DNA of 24,000 nucleotides from Acholeplasmatales bacterium (GTDB taxonomy: Bacteria > Bacillota_I > Bacilli_A > Acholeplasmatales > Acholeplasmataceae), in assembly GCA_031284585.1 (NCBI GenBank), contig JAITXT010000022.1:13823-37822 (forward strand), written 5' to 3'. The stretch's first letter is position 1, and every line of letters begins with the position of its first letter. Below the pieces are notes generated by a model. The model worked only from the letters and a program-made list of their open reading frames with translations. It was not told where the DNA came from and ran no database searches. Positions 8,303-17,602 of this stretch are shown in pieces. The translations under genes were made by a program, and so were the position numbers.

Positions 8303-10199
8303 CCTTTTTTTCAGGTGAATTTTTAAGTAAATCTAATGCTTTATTCCTTAGGGCTTCCATTACAACAAACATACTAAAAGTATCTTTCATACAATATTTT
8401 AACATAGCCTCATATTTTCTTTCAAATTCAATACTTCTTAAATTGATTAAATCGTGATAAGCAGCCATGGCATCCGTTCCATTTGCAACTTCCATCCCTT
8501 TATAGGAATACGAAGATAATGAAGGTAAAACTTTTTTGATAGAATAAGAGCCTTGTAATTTAACATTATAATAATTTAAAGGAGGCTCATTAATAAGCCC
8601 ATATTCTTTGTCTAATTTACTATTACCTTTAACTACAAATAATAAATCTACTATTCTTTCATGTATTTTCATTAAATCGGCAGAATACTTAGGAAACCAT
8701 TCAGAAAGTTCTTTAATCCGAAGTTTTTCAAAACTACAATTATAAGCTAATATAGTTCCATTATCATCTTTGATATGTTCTACTATAAATTTCGCTATTT
8801 CTTCTCTATGATCTAGATGATCTTTCACTAAAAAAGAATAATTATCTTTGATTTCATCTAACTCTCCTATTTTTTCTTGAATATGAATAGAAATTTGAAA
8901 AGGTGATTGAGTATAGCATTTTTCAAACTTAAATCTAGGAAGAGGTGAAGGAAACGTTTCAAAATCAATATGATAAATTGGATAAATATAAGTATCTAAG
9001 TATGCTAATATTTTTTTAGGAGAAATAAATTCTTTGTTTTCTAAGATGGAATCATATTGAATTTTATTTGACTCGCGATTAAGTAAATTAGGATCTATAT
9101 CTATTGCATTAGTAATTCCGCTGTTAACTAAATCAAAAACCGATACTTTGGTCTCTTTATCTTTTTTACTATCAGAAAACCCATTATGATTATGCAAATA
9201 AACAAACATAGTATTATCTTTTAGATGTGGAATTCCAGAATTACTATCATATAAATTTTTCTCTTTAAAACATAGGGGTAAATATTTACATTCATGATTC
9301 TTTTTCCTTTCACAATAAGTCCCTAAATTACATTCTGAAATATCATTAATACTAATTCTTGAAGTAGCAATCTTAACATCACTTTCGATGATTTTATAAA
9401 AATAATCAAGCGTCGAAGTAACATCTATAATAGAAAATAATTCATTTGGATATTTTCTCTTTCCATATTCATCTAATTCTCCATGATAAACATATTCATG
9501 ATTTAAAAATACTAAATAATAAGAAATCTTTTTATTTGATTTAAGAGCGTTTTTAATCACATAAGACTGAAATAAAATATCATACACATATTTTCCAGGA
9601 GTAGAATATCTATTACTTAATTTGTCTAAAGACGTAAGATATTTTTTATCTTTCAAGAGAAAAAAATTACTATCATGCGCTATTTTATAAAATATTTTCG
9701 AATTTTCTTTTCGTTCGAAAAGTGGTGTTTTTTCCCCTTTTAATAAATATGTTAACTTAGATATTGAAGAAGAAGTCGTCGATTTAACTTCAAAGATTCT
9801 GATATTTTCTTCATCTTCTTGGTAACAATCTAAAAAGCAATAGTAAGGAATTGAGTCTACTTCATATTCAAAATATTTTTGTTTTTTGGTATCTAAGTTA
9901 AAAGTTACTTTTCCAGGAAAGATGTTAGTAATAGTCTCGCTTGCTAAAATTTCGATTTCTTTAAAATATTCACTCATTACATCTTCTGAATACTCTAAAT
10001 TTTCTTCAAGCTCATCTAATTCTTCTGTTACTGATTCTTTAAAATTCAAAAATTTTTCATAATTCTCTTCTTCCATTAACGCATCAAAATCATCGCCTAA
10101 CGAAACAAAATTTGGTCCATCCTTCTTTTCTAATTCAAATAAACCAGAAAATCTAGGACAACGAATTATATTAATAAATCTCGTCTTACTTACCTTCAC
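8298..10199 (-). CDS. DUF2779-family-like protein with a Cas4/RecB-like N-terminal region, Cys cluster and DEDD-type 3'-5' exonuclease-like C-terminal domain
   Basis: N-terminus KTRFINIIRCPRFSGLFE; FLDCYQEDEENIRIFEVKST resembles RecB/Cas4 motifs II/III. A cysteine cluster CNLGTYCERKKNHECKYLPLC follows. Then IYHIDFETFP...ILAYNCSFEKLRIKEL...NGTDAMAAYHDL resembles a DEDD nuclease core. The start codon is GTG at 10199, preceded by AGGAG. Confidence 0.75.
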   Translation of the reverse strand: MKVSKTRFINIIRCPRFSGLFELEKKDGPNFVSLGDDFDALMEEENYEKFLNFKESVTEELDELEENLEYSEDVMSEYFKEIEILASETITNIFPGKVTFNLDTKKQKYFEYEVDSIPYYCFLDCYQEDEENIRIFEVKSTTSSSISKLTYLLKGEKTPLFERKENSKIFYKIAHDSNFFLLKDKKYLTSLDKLSNRYSTPGKYVYDILFQSYVIKNALKSNKKISYYLVFLNHEYVYHGELDEYGKRKYPNELFSIIDVTSTLDYFYKIIESDVKIATSRISINDISECNLGTYCERKKNHECKYLPLCFKEKNLYDSNSGIPHLKDNTMFVYLHNHNGFSDSKKDKETKVSVFDLVNSGITNAIDIDPNLLNRESNKIQYDSILENKEFISPKKILAYLDTYIYPIYHIDFETFPSPLPRFKFEKCYTQSPFQISIHIQEKIGELDEIKDNYSFLVKDHLDHREEIAKFIVEHIKDDNGTILAYNCSFEKLRIKELSEWFPKYSADLMKIHERIVDLLFVVKGNSKLDKEYGLINEPPLNYYNVKLQGSYSIKKVLPSLSSYSYKGMEVANGTDAMAAYHDLINLRSIEFERKYEAMLKYCMKDTFSMFVVMEALRNKALDLLKNSPEKKD

Positions 10200-10272
10200 A
10201 TAAATCTCCTATCCGATTACTTAAATTATACTAAATAAGTCTAATATTTAAAAAAATTAACTACTTTTCTTA

Positions 10273-10278
10273 TATAAT
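10273..10278 (+). promoter_or_regulatory. Putative -10 box (TATAAT) for pepT
   Basis: TATAAT is about 28 nt upstream of the ATG at 10306, with a TAGGAG SD between them. The -35 is not well conserved. Confidence 0.4.
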
Positions 10279-10305
10279 ATTAATGTAACATAGGAGAAAT
10301 ATAGA

Positions 10306-11541
10306 ATGTCAAACCTCACTGAAAGATTTTTAAATTATGTAAAGATAGATACACAATCTAATCCAAATAGCCAAACATCACCATCTTCTTCAAATCAAAA
10401 AGATTTATGCTTACTTTTAAGTAGAGAATTAAAAGAAATGGGTATCTCAACAACTTATAGTGAACAAGGTTATGTTTATGCTTTTATTCCGTCTAACGTT
10501 GATGAAGCTATTGTTTCTATCGGCTTTTGTGCCCATGTAGATACATCACCTGATTCTCTTGGTAGAAATGTTAAACCTCGCGTTATTTATAATTATGATG
10601 GTAAAAAAATTAAACTTTCAGATAAATGGAGCATGTCACCTGAAGAATTTCCAGTTCTTGAAAGAGTTAAAGGACAAGATATAATCGTAACTGACGGAAA
10701 TACGCTACTTGGAGCGGACGATAAAGCAGGAATTGCTGAAATAATGGAATATTTAGACTACATAGTAAATCATCCTAATTTTAAGCATGGTGATGTATAC
10801 GTATGCTTTACTCCGGACGAAGAAATAGGACGTGGTACAGATAATATCGACTTAAAATTATTCAAACCAGACTTTGCGTATACCCTAGATGGATCTGAAG
10901 TTGGTGGAATTGAATATGAAACATTCAATGCTGCTAGCGCAAAAGTAAAAATATCAGGAAAAGGAATTCACCCTGGAAGTGCAAAAGGAAAAATGGTTAA
11001 TGCATCTCTTGTTGGATTAGAATTCCATAGTTTGTTACCAGTAAACTTAAATCCTGCATTTACTGATGGATATGATGGATTTAATCATTTAACAAACATA
11101 GTAGGTGAAGTTGAGAGTTCTGAACTCTCTTACATTATCCGTAATCATGATAAAGCTCTATTTCAACGTCAAAAAGATGATTTTGTAGATGCACAAAAAT
11201 ATATAAATAAAAAATATGGTTATGAGGCAGTAAGTGTAGAAATAACCGATCAATATTATAACATGGCAGAAAAATTAAAAAATCATTTTGAAATCATTGA
11301 ACTTGCGAGAGAAGCATGCAAGAATTTGAATATAGATACTTACACTCTACCTGTTAGAGGTGGAACAGATGGTAGTAGACTTACCTTCATGGGAATACTT
11401 ACTCCAAATTTAGGGACTGGAGGATATAATTTTCATGGAAGATATGAATTTGCTTCTATTACCCAAATGAATCAAGCCGTAAAATTATTACTTGAAATAA
11501 CATCATTATCTCTTAGTTTCGTATCATCATTATTAAGATAG
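10306..11541 (+). CDS. pepT: Peptidase T (tripeptide aminopeptidase, M20 family)
   Basis: Metal-ligand and active-site motifs GFCAHVDTSPD, LLGADDKAGIAEIM, CFTPDEEIGRG, TLDGSEVG, PVRGGTDGSRL, YNFHGRYEF. Confidence 0.95.
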   Translation: MSNLTERFLNYVKIDTQSNPNSQTSPSSSNQKDLCLLLSRELKEMGISTTYSEQGYVYAFIPSNVDEAIVSIGFCAHVDTSPDSLGRNVKPRVIYNYDGKKIKLSDKWSMSPEEFPVLERVKGQDIIVTDGNTLLGADDKAGIAEIMEYLDYIVNHPNFKHGDVYVCFTPDEEIGRGTDNIDLKLFKPDFAYTLDGSEVGGIEYETFNAASAKVKISGKGIHPGSAKGKMVNASLVGLEFHSLLPVNLNPAFTDGYDGFNHLTNIVGEVESSELSYIIRNHDKALFQRQKDDFVDAQKYINKKYGYEAVSVEITDQYYNMAEKLKNHFEIIELAREACKNLNIDTYTLPVRGGTDGSRLTFMGILTPNLGTGGYNFHGRYEFASITQMNQAVKLLLEITSLSLSFVSSLLR

Positions 11542-11566
11542 AATAAAAATAAAAAAAAATAGTAAT

Positions 11567-11596
11567 AAAAAAAGATATATCGCTATATCTTTTTTT
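11567..11596. terminator. Bidirectional rho-independent terminator between convergent pepT and rplQ
   Basis: Perfect 13-bp inverted repeat AAAAAAAGATATA-TCGC-TATATCTTTTTTT, giving a T-tract in either direction. Confidence 0.8.
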
Positions 11597-11609
11597 ATTT
11601 CCTTATATT

Positions 11610-11972
11610 TTATACAAATTCGATTATTGCCATTGGCGCAGCATCACCACGTCTAGGAACAGTTTTAATAATTCTTGTGTAACCACCAGTTCTAGTTGCA
11701 TATCTAGGTCCAATAACATTAAATAATTTTTGAACAGCATCAACTTTTTTGGTTTCATCAATTGGTTCTAATCTAACAAATGAAGCAGCAGAACGTCTAG
11801 CAGCAAGGCTACCGTCTTTAGCAAGAGATACCATTTTATCAGCAAGCTTTTTTAATTCTAAAGCTTTAGATTCAGTAGTTGTAATTTTTTCGTAAATAAT
11901 AATGTCAGTAACTAAATCTCTTAATAGAGCTTTTCTTTGATCGCTTGTCCTTCTTAATCTACTATATGCCAT
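11610..11972 (-). CDS. rplQ: 50S ribosomal protein L17
   Basis: [54 protein letters not shown]; last gene of the alpha operon. Confidence 0.97.
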   Translation of the reverse strand: MAYSRLRRTSDQRKALLRDLVTDIIIYEKITTTESKALELKKLADKMVSLAKDGSLAARRSAASFVRLEPIDETKKVDAVQKLFNVIGPRYATRTGGYTRIIKTVPRRGDAAPMAIIEFV

Positions 11973-11974
11973 TT

Positions 11975-13072
11975 TTATTCATCTTCTCCTTTATCTAATT
12001 CACTTTCTAAATCATCTTTAAATTCTTCTTCTTCAGGAGAAATATAATCATCGAAATCTTCTCCGGCGATAGAATCAAAACCATCAAAATACTTATTATT
12101 CCAATAGTAACCATGTTTAGCTAATGTCTCTTTCAATTCTCTTAAACTCTTTTTACCTAAAGATCTAATTTTAGTTATTTCAAGTTCAGGAGCAGCAAGC
12201 AAATCACCAACAGTATTGTAACCTGCTCTCTTTAAAGCATTGAATACTCTAACACCTAAATCTAATTCAGCGAGAGTAACGTCATTTCTAGGATCTATTT
12301 CTTCAACTTCAACTTCTTCTTCTGTATTTTCAATATATGGTCCTGGATATTGAACATAAGTCACATCTTTAATAGCAGTATAATAATCAATTAATAAATT
12401 AGAAGCAATTGCTAGAGCTTCTTCAGCTTTAACAGAATGATTTGTAGTAATATCAATTAATAATATATCATCATTAGAACGATTCTTTTCAACTTGGAAA
12501 GTAACTGTATCAATTGGAGCAAATATAGAGTCAATTGAAATAACTCCAACTTCTTCAACAAATCTCTTATTAACTTCGAAAGATGCATACCCATATCCTC
12601 TTCTAATTTCTACTTCTAAAGATATACTAGCACCTCTAGATAAAGAAGCAAGATGAATTTCTGGATTAACTATTTCCACACCAGTAACAACTTGAAAATC
12701 AGCAGCTCTAACTTCTAATTCATCGCTATCTGTATTTTCAACAAATAAACTTAATTTTTCAGAATAATCTATATCTAAATTATCTGTTCTAAAAACAACT
12801 TTCTTTAAATTTAAAATTATTCCAACAACATCTTCATACACGCCAGGTATAATTTGAAACTCATGACTAACGCCACCAATTTTTACATTTACAATAGCAG
12901 CACCAGGTAGAGCAGAAAGCAATACTCTTCTTAAAGAATTACCTAAAGTAGTACCAAAACCATTATACAAAGGTTTAATTGAAAACTTAGCATGATAACC
13001 ATCAGCAGTACTTTCAATTACTTCAGTGGTGGGACGATCAAATAATAAACCATTTTTATATTCTTGTTTCAT
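11975..13072 (-). CDS. rpoA: DNA-directed RNA polymerase alpha subunit
   Basis: NTD motif [23 protein letters not shown]. Alpha-[28 protein letters not shown]...[20 protein letters not shown]. An acidic C-terminal extension follows. Confidence 0.97.
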   Translation of the reverse strand: MKQEYKNGLLFDRPTTEVIESTADGYHAKFSIKPLYNGFGTTLGNSLRRVLLSALPGAAIVNVKIGGVSHEFQIIPGVYEDVVGIILNLKKVVFRTDNLDIDYSEKLSLFVENTDSDELEVRAADFQVVTGVEIVNPEIHLASLSRGASISLEVEIRRGYGYASFEVNKRFVEEVGVISIDSIFAPIDTVTFQVEKNRSNDDILLIDITTNHSVKAEEALAIASNLLIDYYTAIKDVTYVQYPGPYIENTEEEVEVEEIDPRNDVTLAELDLGVRVFNALKRAGYNTVGDLLAAPELEITKIRSLGKKSLRELKETLAKHGYYWNNKYFDGFDSIAGEDFDDYISPEEEEFKDDLESELDKGEDE

Positions 13073-13084
13073 AATTCCTCCGAA

Positions 13085-13471
13085 CTAATTTCTTGGTCTT
13101 TTTGGTGGACGGCAACCATTGTGAGGCACTGGAGTTACATCTTTAATAGCTGTAATTCTTAAACCTGCAGCAGATAAAGCTCTAATAGCGTTTTCTCTTC
13201 CTGGTCCTGGTCCTTTTACAAGTACCTCTACTTCTGTCATACCGTTGTCCATTGCAGCTTTTGCTGCAGCTTCAGCACTTTGTTGAGCAGCATAAGGAGT
13301 TGATTTTCTTGATCCTTTGTATCCTTGAACACCTGCACTACTCCAAGCAGTAACATTTCCTGATAAATCAGTAATTGTAATAATTGTATTATTGAAAGTA
13401 GTATGTATATGAGCTATTCCCTTCGGAATGTTCTTTCTAACACGACGTTTAGTTACTTTTTTCTTTGGCAT
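13085..13471 (-). CDS. rpsK: 30S ribosomal protein S11
   Basis: [18 protein letters not shown]...[13 protein letters not shown]...[17 protein letters not shown]. Confidence 0.98.
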   Translation of the reverse strand: MPKKKVTKRRVRKNIPKGIAHIHTTFNNTIITITDLSGNVTAWSSAGVQGYKGSRKSTPYAAQQSAEAAAKAAMDNGMTEVEVLVKGPGPGRENAIRALSAAGLRITAIKDVTPVPHNGCRPPKRPRN

Positions 13472-13484
13472 TTTTCATATCCTC

Positions 13485-13847
13485 CTACTTCTTCTTACCA
13501 CTTGAATGTGGTTTGCCTTTCCTAGTTCTAGCGTTATTTCTAGTATTTTGTCCACGAACTGGAAGTCCTTTTCTATGACGTAAACCGCGGTAAGAACCAA
13601 TTTCTATTAATCTCTTAATATTTAATTGGATTTCACGTTTTAAATCACCTTCAACAGCATAATGTGCAATTTCACTTCTAATTGCTACTAATTGATCTTC
13701 GGTCAAATCTTTAACACGAATATCTTCTGATATGTTACAAGCTTTCAATATTTTTTCAGAATTTGAAACACCAATTCCATAAATATATGTCAATGCAATA
13801 ACTACCCTTTTATTATTAGGTATATCTACCCCTGAAATTCTAGCCAT
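13485..13847 (-). CDS. rpsM: 30S ribosomal protein S13
   Basis: [26 protein letters not shown]...[27 protein letters not shown]. Confidence 0.98.
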   Translation of the reverse strand: MARISGVDIPNNKRVVIALTYIYGIGVSNSEKILKACNISEDIRVKDLTEDQLVAIRSEIAHYAVEGDLKREIQLNIKRLIEIGSYRGLRHRKGLPVRGQNTRNNARTRKGKPHSSGKKK

Positions 13848-13858
13848 ACTATAATCTC

Positions 13859-13975
13859 CTATCCTTGTCTTTGATTGTTACGTCTATTTTTCTTATTGAT
13901 AACACGTACAACCCCTTTTCTACGAACGATAATATCGTCCTCACTTCTTTTTTTCACAGATGCTCTTACTTTCAT
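13859..13975 (-). CDS. rpmJ: 50S ribosomal protein L36, zinc-less (C-) form
   Basis: Missing from the ORF track because it is short. Hand translation from the ATG at 13975 to the TAG at 13859: [38 protein letters not shown] (38 aa). It has the canonical position between infA and rpsM, and the MKVRASVKK and NQRQG ends match L36. Confidence 0.93.
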   Translation of the reverse strand: MKVRASVKKRSEDDIIVRRKGVVRVINKKNRRNNQRQG

Positions 13976-14003
13976 AAAATTCTCCCTTAAAATTCAAATT
14001 AAA

Positions 14004-14237
14004 TTATTTACGTCGGTATATAATCCGACCGTTAGTTAAATCATATGGTGATAACTCTACAATTACTCTATCACCAGGTAAAATACGGATGTTGTTTAAA
14101 CGGATTTTACCAGACAAATAAACGTTTGATATGTTTCCCGTTGGTTGTCCATTTCTTAGTAATTCAACCTTAAAATGAGCATTCGGTAATACATCAACGA
14201 CTCGTGCTTCGACTTCAATTAAATCGCTTTTCGCCAC
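14004..14237 (-). CDS. infA: Translation initiation factor IF-1
   Basis: [27 protein letters not shown]...[36 protein letters not shown]. Confidence 0.96.
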   Translation of the reverse strand: MAKSDLIEVEARVVDVLPNAHFKVELLRNGQPTGNISNVYLSGKIRLNNIRILPGDRVIVELSPYDLTNGRIIYRRK

Positions 14238-14247
14238 TTATTTCCTC

Positions 14248-14991
14248 CTATGTTAATATTTCATTACCATCTTTAGTGATCGCAATCATGTGTTCAAAAT
14301 GGGCACATGGTTTTTTATCTTTTGTTTTCACTATCCATTCATTACGCTTTTCAAAAATTTCTTTTTTGCCAAGTGCTACCATCGGTTCAATACAAATAAC
14401 CATTCCTGGTTTAAGTAAAGCTCCTCTCAAACCATAATAGAAATTAGATATATGGGGATCTTCATGAAGATTTTTACCTATCCCATGACCTCCATATTCT
14501 TCAATAATTCCATATCCGTAAGGTTTTATAGTATCCTCAACAGCTTTTGAAATATCTCCAATATAATTTCCAGGTTTCGCTTGTTTAATTCCTTCCAATA
14601 AAGATTTTTCAGTGACTTCCAATAATTTCAATAACTCATCACTTACTTTCCCAATTGGGACAGTAATTGCTGAATCAGCATGGTACCCTTTATAGCATAC
14701 TCCTATATCGATTGATAATATATCACCCGATTTAAGAATATCCTTTGAATTTGGTATTCCATGGATAATTACTTCATTTATTGATGTACAAATGGAAGCA
14801 GGGAAACCATCGTAATTTAGAAATGAGGGAGTTGCATTTTGACTTAAAATATAATTTCTTGCGATTTCATCTAAATCTTTAGTTGAAACACCTATTTTAG
14901 CACTAGAGACTAATAAGTCTCTAGTACTCTTCAAGATATTTCCAGCAATCTTCATCAGATCTATTTCTCTTTCACTTTTATATGTGATCAC
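14248..14991 (-). CDS. map: Type I methionine aminopeptidase
   Basis: INEVIIHGIPN, LSIDIGVCYKGYHADSAITVPIG, YGGHGIGKNLHEDPHI, CIEPMV, FEHMIAITKDG. Confidence 0.96.
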   Translation of the reverse strand: MITYKSEREIDLMKIAGNILKSTRDLLVSSAKIGVSTKDLDEIARNYILSQNATPSFLNYDGFPASICTSINEVIIHGIPNSKDILKSGDILSIDIGVCYKGYHADSAITVPIGKVSDELLKLLEVTEKSLLEGIKQAKPGNYIGDISKAVEDTIKPYGYGIIEEYGGHGIGKNLHEDPHISNFYYGLRGALLKPGMVICIEPMVALGKKEIFEKRNEWIVKTKDKKPCAHFEHMIAITKDGNEILT

Positions 14992-14997
14992 GATATT

Positions 14998-15642
14998 TTA
15001 CCCTTTGAATTTCTCTTTTATTTGCTTAAATGTTAATTCAACATTTTTTGAACCATCTACTTCAACTAGTAAACCTTTAGCTTCATAATAACTTATTAAA
15101 GGTTTAGTTTGTTCTTTATAGATTCTTAATCGATCCAAAACTGTTTCCTTACTATCATCTTTTCGTTGAATAATAGTAGTTCCGCAATTATCACAAATAT
15201 CAGACACTTTTGGGGGAATATTAGTAATATGATAAACTGCTCCGCATTTCGGACAAACTCTTCGTCCTGCAATCCGTTCAATTACACATTCATCACTTGC
15301 AGTTATATAAATAACAGCATCTAAATTCCAATTTTTGTTTTTTAGAATCTTGTCAAATTCTTCAGCTTGAAATAAATTTCTAGGATATCCATCAAAAAGA
15401 AATCCGTTTTTTACATCATCACTAAGAAGTCTTTCTTCAACAAGATCATTGGTAATGTTATCTGGGACAAGTAATCCTTTCTCAACATAACTTTTTGCAA
15501 CGAGTCCAACTTTCGTTTCGTTTTTTAATGCACTTCTAAACATATCTCCAGTGGAGATATGTACAACACCATAGTGCTCTACTAATAAACCTGCAGTAGT
15601 TCCTTTTCCTACCCCAGGGGCTCCAAGTAATATAGCTCTCAT
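14998..15642 (-). CDS. adk: Adenylate kinase with Cys4 zinc-binding lid
   Basis: P-loop GAPGVGKGTTAG, FLFDGYPRN, lid RRVCPKCGAVYH...CDNCG; ATGA overlap with secY. Confidence 0.97.
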   Translation of the reverse strand: MRAILLGAPGVGKGTTAGLLVEHYGVVHISTGDMFRSALKNETKVGLVAKSYVEKGLLVPDNITNDLVEERLLSDDVKNGFLFDGYPRNLFQAEEFDKILKNKNWNLDAVIYITASDECVIERIAGRRVCPKCGAVYHITNIPPKVSDICDNCGTTIIQRKDDSKETVLDRLRIYKEQTKPLISYYEAKGLLVEVDGSKNVELTFKQIKEKFKG

Positions 15643-16964
15643 AGTAATCCGCTATATTCAGCTTGGCTGGCGTCGGTTTCCATTTGACTAGCAGTTTCCA
15701 TACCAACACCTACTACAATTAAAAGCGATGTACCACCAATTGTTATATAACTTGCTTCAGATGATGTAAAACCAAAAACCAAAGAAGTCACGATTGGAGT
15801 AATAGCTAATATAACTAAATAAAATGTACCTATTACAGTTACTTTAAACAATAGTTTTGCGACAAAATCCTTTGTCTCTTCACCAGGTCTAACTCCAGGA
15901 ATGTAAGCATTACTATTACTTAAATTCTCAGCAATCTTATTAGGATTAATAGTTAGGAATGAATAGAAGAAACTAAATACTATAATTAATATAATATAAA
16001 GTGCAAAACCAATTGGTTGACGATAATCAAATGAGGCATTCATCCATGAGGTAAACGTATTTTGCGTTTTAACCAAACTGATTAAAGTTAATGGAATTGA
16101 TAAAATAGTTGATGCAAAGATAACTGGAATTACAGATCCACTATTAATTTTTAGTGGAATATGAGAATCAGATTTCCCTTGACGATTGGCATATTGAATA
16201 GGAATTTTACGTTTAGCTAATTCCATGTAAATAATACCAACTAAAATACCAATATAAATCAAAATGATAATTGCAAAAAATAATCCATCAGTCCATTTTG
16301 TGTATCCAGTAACATACTTTTGCCATAAAGATGCCCACATAGTAGGGAAACTTGTAACAATACCAGCAGCAATCAAGATACTTGCTCCATTACCAACGCC
16401 TTTCGCAGTAATAATGTCCGCAATAAAAATACACAAAGCAGTACCAGCAGTCATAGCTAAGGCCATAATAAAATAATAAAAATATCTATTTTGCCAAGCT
16501 TCTGGAATTGGAAGAGTCCAATTAATAGCTGATCCAGCAGGAGAAACTCCTAAAATTAATGCAAACGCTTGAATTAACGCAAGAACAATCGCTAAATAAC
16601 GATTTATTCTGTTCATCTTTGCTTTTCCTTGTTCACCTTGTTCACTCCATTCTTTAAATGAAGGAATAACCATTTGTAACATCTGAGTTATAATTGATGC
16701 GGTAATATAAGGAGTAATTCCTAAGGACAAAATAGAAAATCTTTCTAATGCTTGTCCACTAAAATTGTTTAAGATAGCAACAAAACTACCATTTTGTTTC
16801 ATAAATGCTTGAATTGATGTTGCATCAAATAAAGGTACAGTAATATGACTACAAACTCTAATTACTAAAATAAGACCAATAGTAATTGCCAAACGTTTCA
16901 TTAATGTGTTATTACTTAAAATTAATTTCAAACGATTCCAGAATGACTTTATAGTTTTAACCAC
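15639..16964 (-). CDS. secY: Preprotein translocase subunit SecY
   Basis: SLGITPYITASIITQMLQMVIPSFKEWSEQGEQGKAKMNRINRYLA; multiple TM helices; NPNKIAENL..GAYIPGVRPG-like motif (NPNKIAENLSNSNAYIPGVRPGEET). Confidence 0.97.
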   Translation of the reverse strand: MVKTIKSFWNRLKLILSNNTLMKRLAITIGLILVIRVCSHITVPLFDATSIQAFMKQNGSFVAILNNFSGQALERFSILSLGITPYITASIITQMLQMVIPSFKEWSEQGEQGKAKMNRINRYLAIVLALIQAFALILGVSPAGSAINWTLPIPEAWQNRYFYYFIMALAMTAGTALCIFIADIITAKGVGNGASILIAAGIVTSFPTMWASLWQKYVTGYTKWTDGLFFAIIILIYIGILVGIIYMELAKRKIPIQYANRQGKSDSHIPLKINSGSVIPVIFASTILSIPLTLISLVKTQNTFTSWMNASFDYRQPIGFALYIILIIVFSFFYSFLTINPNKIAENLSNSNAYIPGVRPGEETKDFVAKLLFKVTVIGTFYLVILAITPIVTSLVFGFTSSEASYITIGGTSLLIVVGVGMETASQMETDASQAEYSGLL

Positions 16965-16965
16965 T

Positions 16966-17406
16966 TTAATTCACCTCGACAGCAGAACCGCCAGCTTTTT
17001 CTATTAATTCTTTTGCTTTTTGTGAAAACTTTTGTGCTTTAACAGTTAATTTTTTAGTTAGTTCACCGCCACCTAAAATTTTAACTCCATCATTTACTTT
17101 TTTAACAAGACCAACTTCGATTAATCTTTCAACAGTAATCAAAGAGTCATTTTCAAAAATTTCTAAACTTTCAACATTAACTGGAGTATATTCAACTCTG
17201 TTAATATTATTAAAACCACGCTTTGGTAGTCTTTGGAAGAAAGGTATTTGGCCTCCTTCAAATCCAGGTCTAGGACCTCCACCAGAACGAGCTAATTGAC
17301 CATTACTTCCTTTTCCGGAAGTTTTACCTAGTCCACTACCAACACCACGTCCAAGTCTTTTCTTGTAATGCTTAGAGCCACAAGTAGGATGTAATTGATT
17401 TAACAT
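16966..17406 (-). CDS. rplO: 50S ribosomal protein L15
   Basis: [33 protein letters not shown]...[28 protein letters not shown]. The start is corrected to 17406, after a strong AAGGAGGG SD; the track start lies inside rpmD. Confidence 0.95.
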   Translation of the reverse strand: MLNQLHPTCGSKHYKKRLGRGVGSGLGKTSGKGSNGQLARSGGGPRPGFEGGQIPFFQRLPKRGFNNINRVEYTPVNVESLEIFENDSLITVERLIEVGLVKKVNDGVKILGGGELTKKLTVKAQKFSQKAKELIEKAGGSAVEVN

Positions 17407-17407
17407 T

Positions 17408-17602
17408 TTATAAACCCTCCTTATCAACTTCTTTAACGGTAACCAAATAATAAATTGTATGTACCATACCAAGAACTGCTTCATTAGCAGGTTTTACAAC
17501 AACTTGATTAATTTTTCTTAAACCAAGAGCATGAGCTGTTTTAACATGATTTGGAAGTCTTCCAATTAAACTTTTGTTTAATTTAATTTCAATTTGTGCC
17601 AT
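17408..17602 (-). CDS. rpmD: 50S ribosomal protein L30
   Basis: [59 protein letters not shown]; start corrected to 17602 (GGAGGTC SD). Confidence 0.95.
   Translation of the reverse strand: MAQIEIKLNKSLIGRLPNHVKTAHALGLRKINQVVVKPANEAVLGMVHTIYYLVTVKEVDKEGL

Noticed and set aside
8298-10199. Interpretation as part of a CRISPR-Cas system because of the Cas4-like region
   Set aside because: There are no direct repeats, no cas1/cas2 or effector genes, and the neighbours are a transporter and pepT.
14204-14437. Plus-strand 77-aa ORF
   Set aside because: Antisense over infA/map with no supporting SD or family signature.
16264-16476. Plus-strand 70-aa ORF
   Set aside because: Antisense to secY, which is strongly conserved.
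17407-17484. N-terminal extension of L15 ([26 protein letters not shown])
   Set aside because: It is an out-of-frame read of rpmD. The true start at 17406 has a strong SD.
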